From: Pseudomonadota bacterium
GTDB taxonomy: Bacteria > Bdellovibrionota_C > UBA2361 > OMII01
Length of the DNA stretch: 64,000 bases
Assembly: GCA_041178185.1 (NCBI GenBank)
Contig: JBEGVS010000005.1
Span: 14,103 to 78,102 of the forward strand
Direction: 5' to 3'
Each line of letters opens with the position of its first letter. The stretch's first letter is position 1. Of this stretch, positions 18,522-27,414 are shown piece after piece. Made by a program: the position numbers and the translations under genes. Below the pieces are notes generated by a model that was given only the letters and a program-made list of their open reading frames with translations, was not told the origin of the DNA and ran no database searches.

Positions 18522-19585
18522 CCGACTGTCTCTCGGTAAAAAGTCTCTAAGTAATCCGAAAATCTCCCTGCGATCGCTGCCCAAGTTCTACCCTCAACCT
18601 GCTCACGCCCCGCTGCCACACACGAAGCCAGCATCTCATCATCGCGAAGCAAGGTATCAACGGCGCCGATGAAGCTTTCGAGGTAGGCCTGGGACCCAGG
18701 CTCCCCATCGATCAGGATACCAGCTCGCCCCACCGTCTCCGGAAGAGCTCCCAGTGCGCTGGTCGCGATGGCGCAGCCGGCTGCTTGTGCCTCAAGCGCT
18801 GTGATGCAGGAGGTCTCTTCAAAGGTATTCGGATAGCACAAGATCGAGGAGCGCATCATCTCTCGAGCTAATTGTTTCTGCGTAACATTTCCATGCTCGT
18901 GAAAGTGCGGAAATTTGCGCAGGGCGGCCAAAACCCTTTCGAACTCTACGACATCTCCCTCGGCGACCTGATTCTGATACACTCGGAAACCACCGAAACA
19001 GTGGAACTCAAGGTCGGGGTGGAGCTTAATAAGTGACGGCATTATCTCGGTCATCAGGTTAAGTCCTCGGTAGGGAACCGAGGAATAGATCAAACGTTTC
19101 CGAGAGCGCGGCTCGTGTCCCTCAAAGAGCGAGGGGTCGATACCGTTGCCGAGCACCCAAGCCTTTTCACGTGGAAAGCCAGAAGACTGACACAACACAT
19201 CGGCGTGCCATTCGCTCACTGCCAAGAGCGTATCAATTTGGGCCACAACCCGTTTATCCCCTAATCCCCGAGTGTAGGGTTGAAGCGGAGAATCGCCTGT
19301 CCATAAGAAACGCAGCTTTGCATCAACGGATAGAAAAAGATGATTCCAGTCTCGCACGCCCACAAAGACATCAACCCGACCGAGGTCATTGAGCGCATGG
19401 AGCGGCACGTACAACGGATCGCTCAACGGTGGGGCAGGATCGGTGGTGAACACGATCACCTCATGCCCCAGATCTCGCATGGAGCGTGATAGATGAATCA
19501 CTCCTGTCTCGGTGCCTCCGATCGGTTCGTGATCGATAGTTTTGTCGTTAAACGGTATCGTCTTAACGAAGAAAGCTATCCGCAT
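18518..19585 (-). CDS. family-1 (GT4-type) glycosyltransferase, 355 aa
   Basis: ATG at 19585. MRIAFFVKTIP...GGTETGVIHLSRSMRDLGHEV is a typical GT4 N-terminus, and the C-terminal E-x7-E region (SVPYRGLNL...FEETSCITALEAQAAGCAIATSALGALPE) is present. It converges on the GT2-TPR gene with a 4-nt overlap. Confidence 0.7.
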   Translation of the reverse strand: MRIAFFVKTIPFNDKTIDHEPIGGTETGVIHLSRSMRDLGHEVIVFTTDPAPPLSDPLYVPLHALNDLGRVDVFVGVRDWNHLFLSVDAKLRFLWTGDSPLQPYTRGLGDKRVVAQIDTLLAVSEWHADVLCQSSGFPREKAWVLGNGIDPSLFEGHEPRSRKRLIYSSVPYRGLNLMTEIMPSLIKLHPDLEFHCFGGFRVYQNQVAEGDVVEFERVLAALRKFPHFHEHGNVTQKQLAREMMRSSILCYPNTFEETSCITALEAQAAGCAIATSALGALPETVGRAGILIDGEPGSQAYLESFIGAVDTLLRDDEMLASCVAAGREQVEGRTWAAIAGRFSDYLETFYRETVG

Positions 19586-19599
19586 CTGAACAGCCTCTC

Positions 19600-20202
19600 T
19601 TACATTCCAAACGGAAAGTTTTTGTGGTCGATCGTCCCGCTCTCGCGTACGGAACGAAGTGCCCGCGCGTACTCACACAGCATAGCGACGCCATACCTAA
19701 GTCGCTCCCGCGTGGCCTGATCCCGTTCCCCCGCTGGCACATCACCGTGAAGCGTCTCCTCGACGTTCCGCACAATCACGTGCTCCGGTATGTAAACGAG
19801 TCTATTGTTCTTAAACGAGGAGACCCGCAGCTCCGAGATCGGGTAGCTTCCCCCGACCCCACTCGAGACCGAAACGATAAGAGCTGGCTTATGACCCACC
19901 TCGGCCGGAGAGCACAGAAGAAGGAAGTTTTTCAGGCCAGGCGGAACCATGCCCGCCCATTCGGGTGAGACGATCACGAGAGCATCACAGCTCTTCAACT
20001 TAGCCGATATCGGTCCCCAAGCGGCCTCCCATGTAGGATCGCCCGCCCACACCCCTTCATCCCAGAGCGGAAGGGGATTTTTTGAGAGCGATACTATGTC
20101 CGGCTCTGCTTGAGCCAACGTCACTTGGTGAGCGATGTACCGCGCTACGCGGTCACTTTGAGATTGTGCACGATGACTACCCGATACTATCGCTATCTTC
20201 AT
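19600..20202 (-). CDS. NADPH-dependent FMN reductase / flavodoxin-like fold oxidoreductase
   Basis: ATG at 20202 gives MKIAIVSGSHRAQSQSDRVARYIAH...ALVIVSPEWAGMVPPGLKNFLLL, the NADPH-dependent FMN reductase family signature. Confidence 0.65.
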   Translation of the reverse strand: MKIAIVSGSHRAQSQSDRVARYIAHQVTLAQAEPDIVSLSKNPLPLWDEGVWAGDPTWEAAWGPISAKLKSCDALVIVSPEWAGMVPPGLKNFLLLCSPAEVGHKPALIVSVSSGVGGSYPISELRVSSFKNNRLVYIPEHVIVRNVEETLHGDVPAGERDQATRERLRYGVAMLCEYARALRSVRESGTIDHKNFPFGM

Positions 20203-20372
20203 AGTTTTCACCCGTTTTCAAAGACCACAGCGACCGTACCAAATAGGCACCTACGACACCACCCACCAGTGCACCTGATGAGGTTAGTCGTAGGATTGAA
20301 AACAAACGAAGCTATGCCACCGGATAAACGCGGGTGTCTCGCTCTCGAGTGATGAACCGGGGATGGGAGGAT

Positions 20373-20582
20373 CTACGCACTGTCGCGCTGTTCAAGCCGA
20401 GCGTCGCTCTCTACAGGCTTGAGGGGATCGAGGCGGGTCATGAGGGATAGCGCTTTTTCCGCCTCTCTCTCAGCGGCGCGCTCCACGAATTCCTCGACAG
20501 TGCAACCGGCCATCTCAGCCGCGATTCGAACCTTCCGATACACCGAATCTTTGATGCGTACCTTGTTGCCACTACGAAACAT
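20373..20582 (-). CDS. small ribbon-helix-helix-like protein (possible orphan antitoxin-type DNA-binding protein), 69 aa
   Basis: KVRIKDSVYRKVRIAAEMAGCTVEEFVERAAEREAEKAL fits an RHH beta-strand followed by two helices (DUF1778/TacA-like pattern). No toxin partner is adjacent. Confidence 0.3.
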   Translation of the reverse strand: MFRSGNKVRIKDSVYRKVRIAAEMAGCTVEEFVERAAEREAEKALSLMTRLDPLKPVESDARLEQRDSA

Positions 20583-20709
20583 GGTTACTACCTACCCTTT
20601 CACTGGGCCGTTGTGGAGCGTCGTGACGCAGACCCTTTCCGTATGAATACCAAACCGCACTCCGTTAATAAAGCGGAACCTTAGCTCAGGAGCCATAGAA
20701 TGCAGGGTC

Positions 20710-21078
20710 TCACCCCCCGGCCCGCTTGGCCTTCACACCGCGACGTCCCAGCTCCCGGAGAATAAGCTCACACTGGTCACCCTGGATCTCGATAACCCCC
20801 TCCTTAAGCGCCCCTCCAGCCCCGCATAGGCGTTTCAGGTCCTTTAACAGCGCCTGTAGCTCAACGTGATTCATGGCTAACCCAGCGATGGTTGTTACGG
20901 TTTTCCCCCCTCGACCGCCGGTCTCTCGACGAACCCGCACGTTCCCGTCCCCTCGAACTTCCAACTTCCGAGCGTCAGCGCACCGGCACTTAGCTTTAGG
21001 GTTGCCGCAACCGGGACACACTGCCCCCTGCTCCGTCGTATATACCACTCTGTAGTCACTCTCTTTTGGTTTCGTCAT
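20710..21078 (-). CDS. yciH: translation initiation factor SUI1 / YciH family protein
   Basis: ATG at 21078. The Cys-x2-Cys...Cys-x-Cys N-terminal region (CPGCGNPKAKCRC) and the SUI1 core (VRVRRETGGRGGKTVTTIAGL...LKDLKRLCGAGGALKEGVIEIQGDQ) are diagnostic. Confidence 0.75.
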   Translation of the reverse strand: MTKPKESDYRVVYTTEQGAVCPGCGNPKAKCRCADARKLEVRGDGNVRVRRETGGRGGKTVTTIAGLAMNHVELQALLKDLKRLCGAGGALKEGVIEIQGDQCELILRELGRRGVKAKRAGG

Positions 21079-21118
21079 GGCGCGCCTCGTGGAACCAGAA
21101 TCCGCGGATAATGATAGA

Positions 21119-21745
21119 TCAATTCGACCGGCCCCCGTAGGCGCCCTTCATGGCAACTCCGACCAATTGCGACCGATACAACCTCTCGTCCAGCTGTCGA
21201 AGAGCACGCTCCTGACCGGGCAGTAGAAGCCGGTGATGTTTACGACGCCCTAGAAGAGCAACGATCACATCCCCTTGTCTATCATCGCACTCCCAGTTTA
21301 TCCGCTGACACGACGGCAGAGGCATCGGAGTCGAGTAGGAACGCAGGGTCTTCTCCCGCTCGAGGTTAAAGTAGAGCTCGAAATACGAAAGCACGAGTTC
21401 ACGTGCGGTACGAAAGACCGGCTCTCGATACCGAAGCCCTGGGAAATTGGACTTAGCTACCGCTCCCCACCGCCCCTTCCAGCGGAAGGAGCATAGGATG
21501 TGGTCGTCGTCCCGGGTGGCGCAGAGATCGATAAGAAGAGGCTCCAAGCCACAGCGCTTAAGCGCGGCTGCTGCTAAGAGGGATCCGTCAAAGCAATGGG
21601 CCTGACCATCTCGTAAAGCCGCCCTAGCCGATAAGTGGCCATCCTCGCACCTGTAGGGCAAGGCGTCCAAAAAACCTTGGATCTTCGAGGGGGTGTTAAG
21701 AGAGCGAAGGAGTCGCTCCTCACGCTTGTTCCAATCCCCCGTCAT
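21119..21745 (-). CDS. transglutaminase-like (papain-fold Cys/His) domain protein
   Basis: ATG at 21745 preceded by a GGAGGAGG RBS. GQAHCFDGSLLAAAALKRCGLEPLLIDL matches the transglutaminase-core catalytic Cys motif (GxCx[DE]xAxLxxAxLRxxGIPAR). The downstream DDDHILCSFRWKGRWGAVAKSN matches the HxW..GW..D His motif. Confidence 0.5.
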   Translation of the reverse strand: MTGDWNKREERLLRSLNTPSKIQGFLDALPYRCEDGHLSARAALRDGQAHCFDGSLLAAAALKRCGLEPLLIDLCATRDDDHILCSFRWKGRWGAVAKSNFPGLRYREPVFRTARELVLSYFELYFNLEREKTLRSYSTPMPLPSCQRINWECDDRQGDVIVALLGRRKHHRLLLPGQERALRQLDERLYRSQLVGVAMKGAYGGRSN

Positions 21746-21850
21746 ATGCCTCCTCCACGACAACCAACCCAGCAAGGTTGTACCCCCTTTTCTTCCATCG
21801 GGGGAGAGGGATTAAACGGTGATGTGGGAGACACGCCTGAAAACTGAAAG

Positions 21851-23371
21851 CTATGCAGCTACTCGGTGATGCGCGCTTTCTTTGGGTTTCAAAACGCTAA
21901 GGGGGAGCTTGACGGTAAATAACACCCCTCCATCCTGAGACAGCTCGACGCTCCCTCCTAGCTGTCGGGTAAGCGTTCTTACCAGGCTGAGACCGAGAGA
22001 CACGCTCTCATCAACGAGGTTCGATGGTACGGTCGTCTCTCCATTATCCCATACGGAGATCTGAACCCCACCTTCGGAAGAGCTCAGACCTATACGCAAC
22101 CTCATCGGTCGAGCCTCAGACTTAGCGTGCTTCAGACTGTTCGTCACCAACTCATTTACTATCAAACCGCACGTGATAGCAGTATCGATCGGGAATTGGA
22201 GGTCAGTCACCGAGTACTCGACCTCGATTGGTGTTTGGGAAGAGCTGGTAGAGCGAATCAACTGAGACACCAGGTCGTGCACGTAACCGCCAAAATTAAT
22301 GGTCGACAGCGATTCGGAACGATAGAGCTTCTCATGCACTAGGGCTAACGTTCGTATCCTCTCTTCGCTCTTTCTAAAAAGCCGTAACGCTGGCTCATCT
22401 CTGGCCTCCTTCGATTGAAGACGAAGAAGACTACAGATAAGTTGAAGATTGTTTTTGACCCGGTGATGAACCTCTTTGAGAAGCGCCTCCTTCTCAACAA
22501 GAGCGGCCGAGATCTTCTCCTCAACAGCCCTTTTGTCGCTCATGTTGCGAGCGATAATGGCGAATCCACCACCGCTCTGTTCAGGCAAATGAGAGACACT
22601 AAACCACACCGGCACGACCGTTCCATCGCCGGCGACCAAGGAAACCTCTCCCTGGCCCTTCAGGTATGGAAGCTCAACGCTCCGTTGCGCCTCCCTCCAC
22701 AGATTACTAGAGGTGCCGACCTGCACTATCGCCACCGACCTCCCCAGCACATCAACCACGCGCCTCTTGCACAGCTCCTCTGCTGCAGGGTTCCAATGCC
22801 AAATCGTTCCATCCTCATTCACTCCGATGACAGCCTCTTGAGAGGTTCTCACAAGAGCCTCGAAGCGGAACGCCTCCGCGGTCGATTTGGCGAGCGCGCT
22901 CGAACTAGCAGCGTATCGCTGATACAGCTCGCTCTGTTGGGCTCGGATCTCACTCGCCACGCGATCCGTAATTTGCATCTGGCCCCGTAGCACCTTGATA
23001 GTCTTTTGAGCGGACGCTGTACGAGCCAGAAGCCAGGGAAGCGCTACAAAACTCACCCCAAGGGCGAGCGACGCACCTACCCACTCTGCGAGCGAAAAGG
23101 GGTCGCGCTGATCAATCTCGAGCAACGACTTGACCAACTCGTCGACTCCGCCGACCATCAGAGAGACAGCAAAAATGGAGAGAGCGATCCGGATGCCCCG
23201 ACGAGCAAGTGAGAGCCGCTGGTTTGCGAGCGCAAGCATGGCAACCCCTCCCAGCGCGAGTGCCAGCCCAATACCGATATCGATGAAGGGATGGAGGTTC
23301 TCAAGCGTCGCGATGAAAGAGCGAGGGAGCTGCCAAAGGTTGGTGGTACTCACGAGAGATCTCCATAGCAT
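21851..23371 (-). CDS. membrane-bound sensor histidine kinase (TM region + PAS + HisKA_2/HWE-type + HATPase)
   Basis: ATG at 23371. Four N-terminal hydrophobic helices. PAS-like region (VIGVNEDGTIWHWNPAAEELCKRRVVDVLGRS). H-box EVHHRVKNNLQLICSLLRLQ (HisKA_2). G-box at the C-terminus. No adjacent response regulator. Confidence 0.7.
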   Translation of the reverse strand: MLWRSLVSTTNLWQLPRSFIATLENLHPFIDIGIGLALALGGVAMLALANQRLSLARRGIRIALSIFAVSLMVGGVDELVKSLLEIDQRDPFSLAEWVGASLALGVSFVALPWLLARTASAQKTIKVLRGQMQITDRVASEIRAQQSELYQRYAASSSALAKSTAEAFRFEALVRTSQEAVIGVNEDGTIWHWNPAAEELCKRRVVDVLGRSVAIVQVGTSSNLWREAQRSVELPYLKGQGEVSLVAGDGTVVPVWFSVSHLPEQSGGGFAIIARNMSDKRAVEEKISAALVEKEALLKEVHHRVKNNLQLICSLLRLQSKEARDEPALRLFRKSEERIRTLALVHEKLYRSESLSTINFGGYVHDLVSQLIRSTSSSQTPIEVEYSVTDLQFPIDTAITCGLIVNELVTNSLKHAKSEARPMRLRIGLSSSEGGVQISVWDNGETTVPSNLVDESVSLGLSLVRTLTRQLGGSVELSQDGGVLFTVKLPLSVLKPKESAHHRVAA

Positions 23372-23547
23372 CGATTACCCCCGATGCCCCTCCATCATAA
23401 GCCGATACTGATCCCACTTCTAGCCGAAAACGACCCCAAGAAAGGGGGCCTGTTCCCGATCATAGCGGGAACCTGGTGGGTATATGGGGAGAGACGGTGA
23501 CATCGCTCCCAGAACTAAGGGACCGTCGAGCGGAAAAGCGCGGCATG

Positions 23548-24051
23548 CTACCGAGCAGGGGGGAGGGTAGATGCTATGTGTAGCACTGCGCCCGATTCTA
23601 CTCCGTATCGTTTCATGGTGCCGCTCGCAAATTCAAGCACATACATACTTGGCTTGCCTATCGTTCGGGGGAGCTCATTGAGCGGCGGAACGTCATGCAG
23701 AATACCCACAACCTTCATATCTTTACCCACAAAAACCATATCGAGGGGAATGTAGGTGTTCTTCATCCAAAATGAATTCTCCCGCTCCTGCGGAAAAACG
23801 AAGATCATTCCGGCATCTTGAGGGAGAGAGCGCCTATACATAAGCCCCATCGCACGCTCTCCATCGTTGGCGCATACCTCTAGACGAAACGGAGGGGTTT
23901 CAACACCAGCCATCGTTGTGAAATGTCCCTCGACCACTGGGAGTTTAGAGGTCGCAGAGCAGGCAGAAACAACAAACGAGACAACGCACCCCAGCAGGAT
24001 TAACGATCGGGATATACGGGCGAGAGTGCGGTACGCTAGTGGGAGCCGCAT
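23548..24051 (-). CDS. DUF192-family protein (exported)
   Basis: ATG at 24051 overlaps the ETF-alpha stop (TAATG). Signal/TM N-terminus. Core GLMYRRSLPQDAGMIFVFPQERENSFWMKNTYIPLDMVFVGKDMKVVGI matches the DUF192 (COG1430) pattern. Confidence 0.6.
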   Translation of the reverse strand: MRLPLAYRTLARISRSLILLGCVVSFVVSACSATSKLPVVEGHFTTMAGVETPPFRLEVCANDGERAMGLMYRRSLPQDAGMIFVFPQERENSFWMKNTYIPLDMVFVGKDMKVVGILHDVPPLNELPRTIGKPSMYVLEFASGTMKRYGVESGAVLHIASTLPPAR

Positions 24052-25037
24052 TACGACCGAAGCCCTCTCACCTTTTCCGTTAATTCGGGAGCGACAGCGA
24101 AGAGATCCGCCACCAATCCGTAGTCCGCTATCTCAAAGATGGGAGCATCAGGATCTTTGTTGATCGCGACGATAACCTTAGAGTCCTTCATGCCCGCAAG
24201 ATGCTGAATTGCACCCGAAATACCCACGGAGATGTAGAGGTTCGGAGCAACAACCTTGCCTGTTTGCCCGACCTGCCAATCGTTCGGGGCGTACCCCGAG
24301 TCCACGGCCGCCCGTGAAGCCCCGATCGCGGCACCGAAGGCATCAGCAAGAGGGAAGACTACCTTCTGAAAATTCTCCGCCGAACCGAGGGCTCGTCCAC
24401 CACTGACGACGATTGCAGCATCGGAGAGCTCAGGACGATCAGCCTTCGATATCTCGTACCCAACGATCTCTCCGAAGCGCTGCTGCTCATGAAGCTCAGG
24501 ATCCCCAGCCAGAGCAAGCTCAGCGCACTCGGAACCGCCGGCCTCTTGCGTGGCAGGCGAAAAGGCGGTCGAGCGCACGGATACGACTCGACTCGAAGAC
24601 AACAGCTCAACCTCAGCGATAATATTTCCGGCGTACATCGGTCGCTTCACCGAACCATCTGCATTCACACCGATGATGTCCGAGGCTTGCGCCGCATCGA
24701 GGAGTACGGCGACTCGAGGTAGTACATCTTTACCGGTGCTACTCGCAAGACCCACCACGGTTGACGCAGATAACTCCTTGGCGGCGAGCGCTATCCCTCG
24801 CGCGTAGGGCTCTGCTCGATACTTTTCGAAGAGAGCGTCCTCTGAGTATCGCACGCTGGACAATCCGTAGCCGAGCATCTCTTTGGCAGCAACCTGAGCG
24901 CCCGCACCGAGCGCGACCCCCACAATTTGATTGGCCTGCCAAGGCCCCTTGAGCTCCCGGGCTGCGCTCAAGGCGCTCAAAGTGCCCTTTAGAACCTTTC
25001 CATCCACGTGCTGAATAAAGAGTAGAATATTTCCCAT
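24051..25037 (-). CDS. etfA: electron transfer flavoprotein alpha subunit
   Basis: [23 protein letters not shown]..., the C-terminal FAD-binding region ([92 protein letters not shown]) is highly characteristic. Confidence 0.85.
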   Translation of the reverse strand: MGNILLFIQHVDGKVLKGTLSALSAARELKGPWQANQIVGVALGAGAQVAAKEMLGYGLSSVRYSEDALFEKYRAEPYARGIALAAKELSASTVVGLASSTGKDVLPRVAVLLDAAQASDIIGVNADGSVKRPMYAGNIIAEVELLSSSRVVSVRSTAFSPATQEAGGSECAELALAGDPELHEQQRFGEIVGYEISKADRPELSDAAIVVSGGRALGSAENFQKVVFPLADAFGAAIGASRAAVDSGYAPNDWQVGQTGKVVAPNLYISVGISGAIQHLAGMKDSKVIVAINKDPDAPIFEIADYGLVADLFAVAPELTEKVRGLRS

Positions 25038-25049
25038 CGCGTCTATCCT

Positions 25050-25799
25050 TTAGAGAACCTTCGCTTCGTTCTGAAGCGCATCAACGAGCTCTTGAACGCT
25101 GGCCACCTTACGACCGGCCTTACGGGTGCCCGGCATCGAGAGCCCACGAACCTTGACCTTCACATCAGGCGACACACCCAAGGCATCAAGAGTAAGCACC
25201 TCAAAGGGCTTCTTCTTGGCCTTCATCAGATTTGGAAGCGCCGCATACCGTGGCTCGTTAAGGCGAAGGTCGGTCGAAACCACACAGGGCAACGGAATCT
25301 TGATCGTTTCGAGGCCCCCATCAACCTCTCGAGTCACGGTCGCCGCACCACCATCGACGACAACCTTAGAGGCGAAACACGCCTGCGGAAGGTTGAGACG
25401 ACCCGCTACGAGTTGCGCTGTCTGATTGGCGTCAGAATCGATCGCTTGCTTACCAAGCATAATCATCGAGTAATCTCCCCTCTTGAACACCTCCGCGATC
25501 ACTCGCGAAGCGAGGTCTGAGTCGGCAGCGCCGTCGTGCTTCACGAGTATGGCCGAGTCGGCTCCCATAGCGAGAGCGTACTCAAGACGCGCGCGAACAT
25601 CCTCTGGACCGACGCTCACGATAACGATCTCCGTCACTATCCCCTTCTCCTTCAGTCGGATTGCCTCCTCTACTGCGATCTCATCAAAGGTGTTGAGAAT
25701 CCACTTGATTCCATCGGTCTGGATACCGGAACCATCGGGAAGGAGTTTGAGCTTAAGCTGCCAATCAGGAACGCGTTTTACGGGAACAAGTATTTTCAT
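25050..25799 (-). CDS. etfB: electron transfer flavoprotein beta subunit
   Basis: MKILVPVKRVPDW...NTFDEIAVEEAIRLKEKG..EIVIVSVGP is the ETF-beta signature. A 12-nt gap separates it from etfA. Confidence 0.85.
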   Translation of the reverse strand: MKILVPVKRVPDWQLKLKLLPDGSGIQTDGIKWILNTFDEIAVEEAIRLKEKGIVTEIVIVSVGPEDVRARLEYALAMGADSAILVKHDGAADSDLASRVIAEVFKRGDYSMIMLGKQAIDSDANQTAQLVAGRLNLPQACFASKVVVDGGAATVTREVDGGLETIKIPLPCVVSTDLRLNEPRYAALPNLMKAKKKPFEVLTLDALGVSPDVKVKVRGLSMPGTRKAGRKVASVQELVDALQNEAKVL

Positions 25800-25995
25800 G
25801 CATCAACTCTAACCTATACGTCGGTCATCCGACCAGGGATTTCTATCGTTGGATGCACGGGAAGCCTATTAGTTTCAGGGCATTCGGAAGATTTTGTGGA
25901 GTATGGATTACGAGCCCACGGAGGCGGCCCGGCCCGGCCCGGTAGCAAGAGGCGGGCCGGGATTCCAGCTCCGCATCTCCTGCCCTCAGGATCCG

Positions 25996-27414
25996 CTATC
26001 CGGTTGCGATCAAAGCCTCGGAGAAGGGAGGCCGTAGGAGACGCGCCCGACCAACCTTAGCCGCCTGAGCCAAGGTGGGATGGGTCTTCTCAAGTCGTGA
26101 GAGCTGATTGAGATGGTCTGCCGTCTGGCTCACCAAGCGCGCGACATCTCCGTCGGCGACCCCTGATAGTCGCAAGAACCCCGAGAACTCCTGCCAGGTC
26201 TCCGAATCCATCCACGTGATGACCGTCAACGCGGCATCAGGTAGGACCACCACCTCTGCACTCCCAGGGCCCTGGTACTGGGTTTTCACACGCTCAACGA
26301 TGTGAGACATCTGCTCAAAGAGCTCCTGCTTTATCGGATTCGCCTTGAGTCTAAAGTATGGTCGATGGGGATCCCCTGCGATACTCGCAACCAGTCCTAC
26401 CAACTCAAAAAGGGCGCAGTCGTCGAAAAGTTTATCGGAGATTGCCTCGGCCAACTCAAGCACTAGGCTCGTACACAGCTCGGCAGCCCAGTATCCCTTC
26501 TCGGTAAGACTTCCACCCTCGAGATATCCGAGAGCGCGCAATCCATCAAGGGACTGCAGCAAGGAGGTCTCCTGCTTCTGCTCAAGGTCATCGGCCTCTC
26601 GTAGCTTGCGGCGAATGCGCTTCTCCGCTTTTTTCCGCCTCTCGCCGCTTAAGCCCCTATCGCTCTCGCAGTTCTGCTGATCCGTAATCGCCTCCTCTCG
26701 GAGCCTGCTCGCATTTTTTCTATCCAGGAAAGCTGCGAGACTTCTCTCGACCGTGAACTGAAGGTCGTCCACATTTCGATAGCGAAGGAGGTTAAGAACG
26801 GTTGAAGGGGCTGCGAAGTATGAGGACCGCAAGGGCTCCGGCGGTCGCTTTGACACCTCAAGTAAGACCCGTGCGTCAGAGAATTTACTCGGTGTTATGA
26901 CACACACTCCGACGGCGTCCTTTCCTCGACGACCGGCCCGTCCAGCCATCTGCTGAAACTCAGAGGAGGATAACACACTGAAACCCTCCGAACCTCGCCG
27001 AGAGTGCGCCGTAACCACTACGGTTCGAGCTGGGAAATCAACCCCGGCGGCGACCGTTCCGGTGGCGATCATAAGTCGCAACATGCTGCGCGACATGAGC
27101 TCCTCGAGTAGCAGGCGCCAAATGAGAAGCTGCCCCGCGTGGTGCGCCCCCACCCCGGTTGTAATGAGAGCCTGATACTGGGGATAGCCCGTAATAAAGT
27201 CGGGGTCGAACCCGTACTTCGAGATCACGGCTTGAACTTCAGCCTCAAGTTGTTGTTGCCGTTGGAGCGGTAAGATCGCATGCGGGTTCCGAGATAGGCT
27301 CTCCACGTCCGAATCACACTGCTTCCGGGCGGTCCGAAATAAAATTGCCGGAAGTAACTCGTCCCGTTCAAGCTCTCGGAGAATCGTGTTTACAGGAAAA
27401 TCAGCGTACAACAT
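25996..27414 (-). CDS. Ski2-like (HelY/Mtr4-type) superfamily-2 RNA helicase, C-terminal part (RecA2 + winged-helix/ratchet region), 472 aa
   Basis: Motif VI QMAGRAGRRGKD and TAHSRRGSEGF (motif V region). Begins MLYADFPVNTILRELERDELLPAILFRTARKQCDSD, resembling the start of the Ski2 RecA2 domain. Its ATG overlaps the stop of the N-terminal part by 1 nt (TAATG). Confidence 0.65.
   Translation of the reverse strand: MLYADFPVNTILRELERDELLPAILFRTARKQCDSDVESLSRNPHAILPLQRQQQLEAEVQAVISKYGFDPDFITGYPQYQALITTGVGAHHAGQLLIWRLLLEELMSRSMLRLMIATGTVAAGVDFPARTVVVTAHSRRGSEGFSVLSSSEFQQMAGRAGRRGKDAVGVCVITPSKFSDARVLLEVSKRPPEPLRSSYFAAPSTVLNLLRYRNVDDLQFTVERSLAAFLDRKNASRLREEAITDQQNCESDRGLSGERRKKAEKRIRRKLREADDLEQKQETSLLQSLDGLRALGYLEGGSLTEKGYWAAELCTSLVLELAEAISDKLFDDCALFELVGLVASIAGDPHRPYFRLKANPIKQELFEQMSHIVERVKTQYQGPGSAEVVVLPDAALTVITWMDSETWQEFSGFLRLSGVADGDVARLVSQTADHLNQLSRLEKTHPTLAQAAKVGRARLLRPPFSEALIATG

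Noticed and set aside
25900-25960. (cccgg)n-like GC repeat ggcccggcccggcccgg...gggccggg downstream of the helicase gene
   Set aside because: Considered as a CRISPR/terminator-like repeat. It is a single imperfect palindrome with a 13-nt loop and no following U-tract, and no repeat-spacer periodicity exists anywhere in the window.
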